From Desulfuromonadales bacterium (GTDB taxonomy: Bacteria > Desulfobacterota > Desulfuromonadia > Desulfuromonadales > JAWOCM01): a stretch of 64,000 nucleotides of DNA. The position numbers and the translations under genes were made by a program. The notes below the pieces were generated by a model that saw only the letters and a list, made by a program, of their open reading frames with translations, was not told the DNA's origin and did no database searches. Shown piece after piece: positions 63,666-64,000 of this stretch. How positions within the stretch are numbered: the first letter of the stretch is position 1; each line of letters opens with the position of its first letter. The DNA lies in NCBI GenBank assembly GCA_046483795.1, contig JAWOCM010000080.1:27458-91457 (forward strand). Reading direction: 5' to 3'.

Positions 63666-64000
63666 ATGAATATCTACGATTTCGCCATGAGTATGGAGAA
63701 AAGCGGGATGAAGTTCTACAGCAAAATGGTCGAAGCGACAGACGATCCCGGCCTCAAGAAAATTTTCTCAATGATGATCAAGGATGAGGAATTCCTTTTT
63801 CAACAGTATGAGAAAATGCGCGAAAAGGCTCCGAAAAGAGCATTGAAGGACGCCCGGGGACTTGCAGAGGAGACCAATGTGTTCGCAGAGGGACTCGATC
63901 CGCAAAAGGTTCTCGCTAAAATCGACAATGATCTGGATGCTTACCGGTTCATTATGGCGGTAGAGGAAAAACTCTACAAGATGTACGAGAAAGTAGCCGA
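63666..64000 (+). CDS. Ferritin-like/rubrerythrin-domain protein; 5' part, running out of the window.
   Basis: ATG at 63666 with GGAG upstream; the frame stays open to the window end. MNIYDFAMSMEKSGMKFYSKMVE...LKKIFSMMIKDEEFL resembles rubrerythrin-type ferritin-like domains. Confidence 0.6.
   Translation, partial: MNIYDFAMSMEKSGMKFYSKMVEATDDPGLKKIFSMMIKDEEFLFQQYEKMREKAPKRALKDARGLAEETNVFAEGLDPQKVLAKIDNDLDAYRFIMAVEEKLYKMYEKVA

Overview
This window is an origin-proximal stretch of core chromosome from an anaerobic bacterium. Gene content and order suggest a Desulfuromonadales-like deltaproteobacterium (Geobacter/Desulfuromonas/Pelobacter type), but that is inference only. All CDS from 4049 to 16306 are on the minus strand (nth, EEP, gpsA, TPR, gyrA, gyrB, recF, dnaN, dnaA). 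All CDS from 16628 to 33191 are on the plus strand (rpmH, rnpA, yidD, yidC, jag, mnmE, mnmG, rsmG, parA, parB, bactofilin, ATP synthase b'/b/delta/alpha/gamma/beta/epsilon, dinB). The switch point carries DnaA boxes and an A/T-rich tract, so it is the probable oriC. A canonical parS sits between mnmE and mnmG. The rest is housekeeping and envelope functions: LarA-like racemase, PBP1A, a GntR regulator, tatA/tatC fused to a yadGH-like ABC-2 exporter, nadA, mfd, two SurA-like PPIases, pdxA, uvrA and cls. There is also an oxygen-defence cluster (rubrerythrin, a four-zinc-ribbon protein, a Tat-signal superoxide reductase, USP), a TRAP transporter with two tandem lipoprotein DctP paralogues, and a TolC-MFP-RND efflux operon with a translationally coupled DUF2892 protein. 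I saw no rRNA, tRNA, CRISPR, IS/transposase, phage or obvious defence genes, so I do not claim a large novel multi-gene system. The best leads are small. First, a 13-nt GTATAC-N-GTATAC dyad occurs at the GntR promoter and again just upstream of the ATP synthase operon. Second, an untracked 28-codon membrane sORF ends in UGA, followed by an in-frame extension and a SECIS-like hairpin. Third, a periplasmic Tat-SOR. Fourth, parAB-bactofilin synteny. Fifth, extra DnaA boxes at nth and inside gyrB. All coordinates of short motifs and hairpins were indexed by hand and may be off by 1-2 nt. No database search or folding computation was possible.
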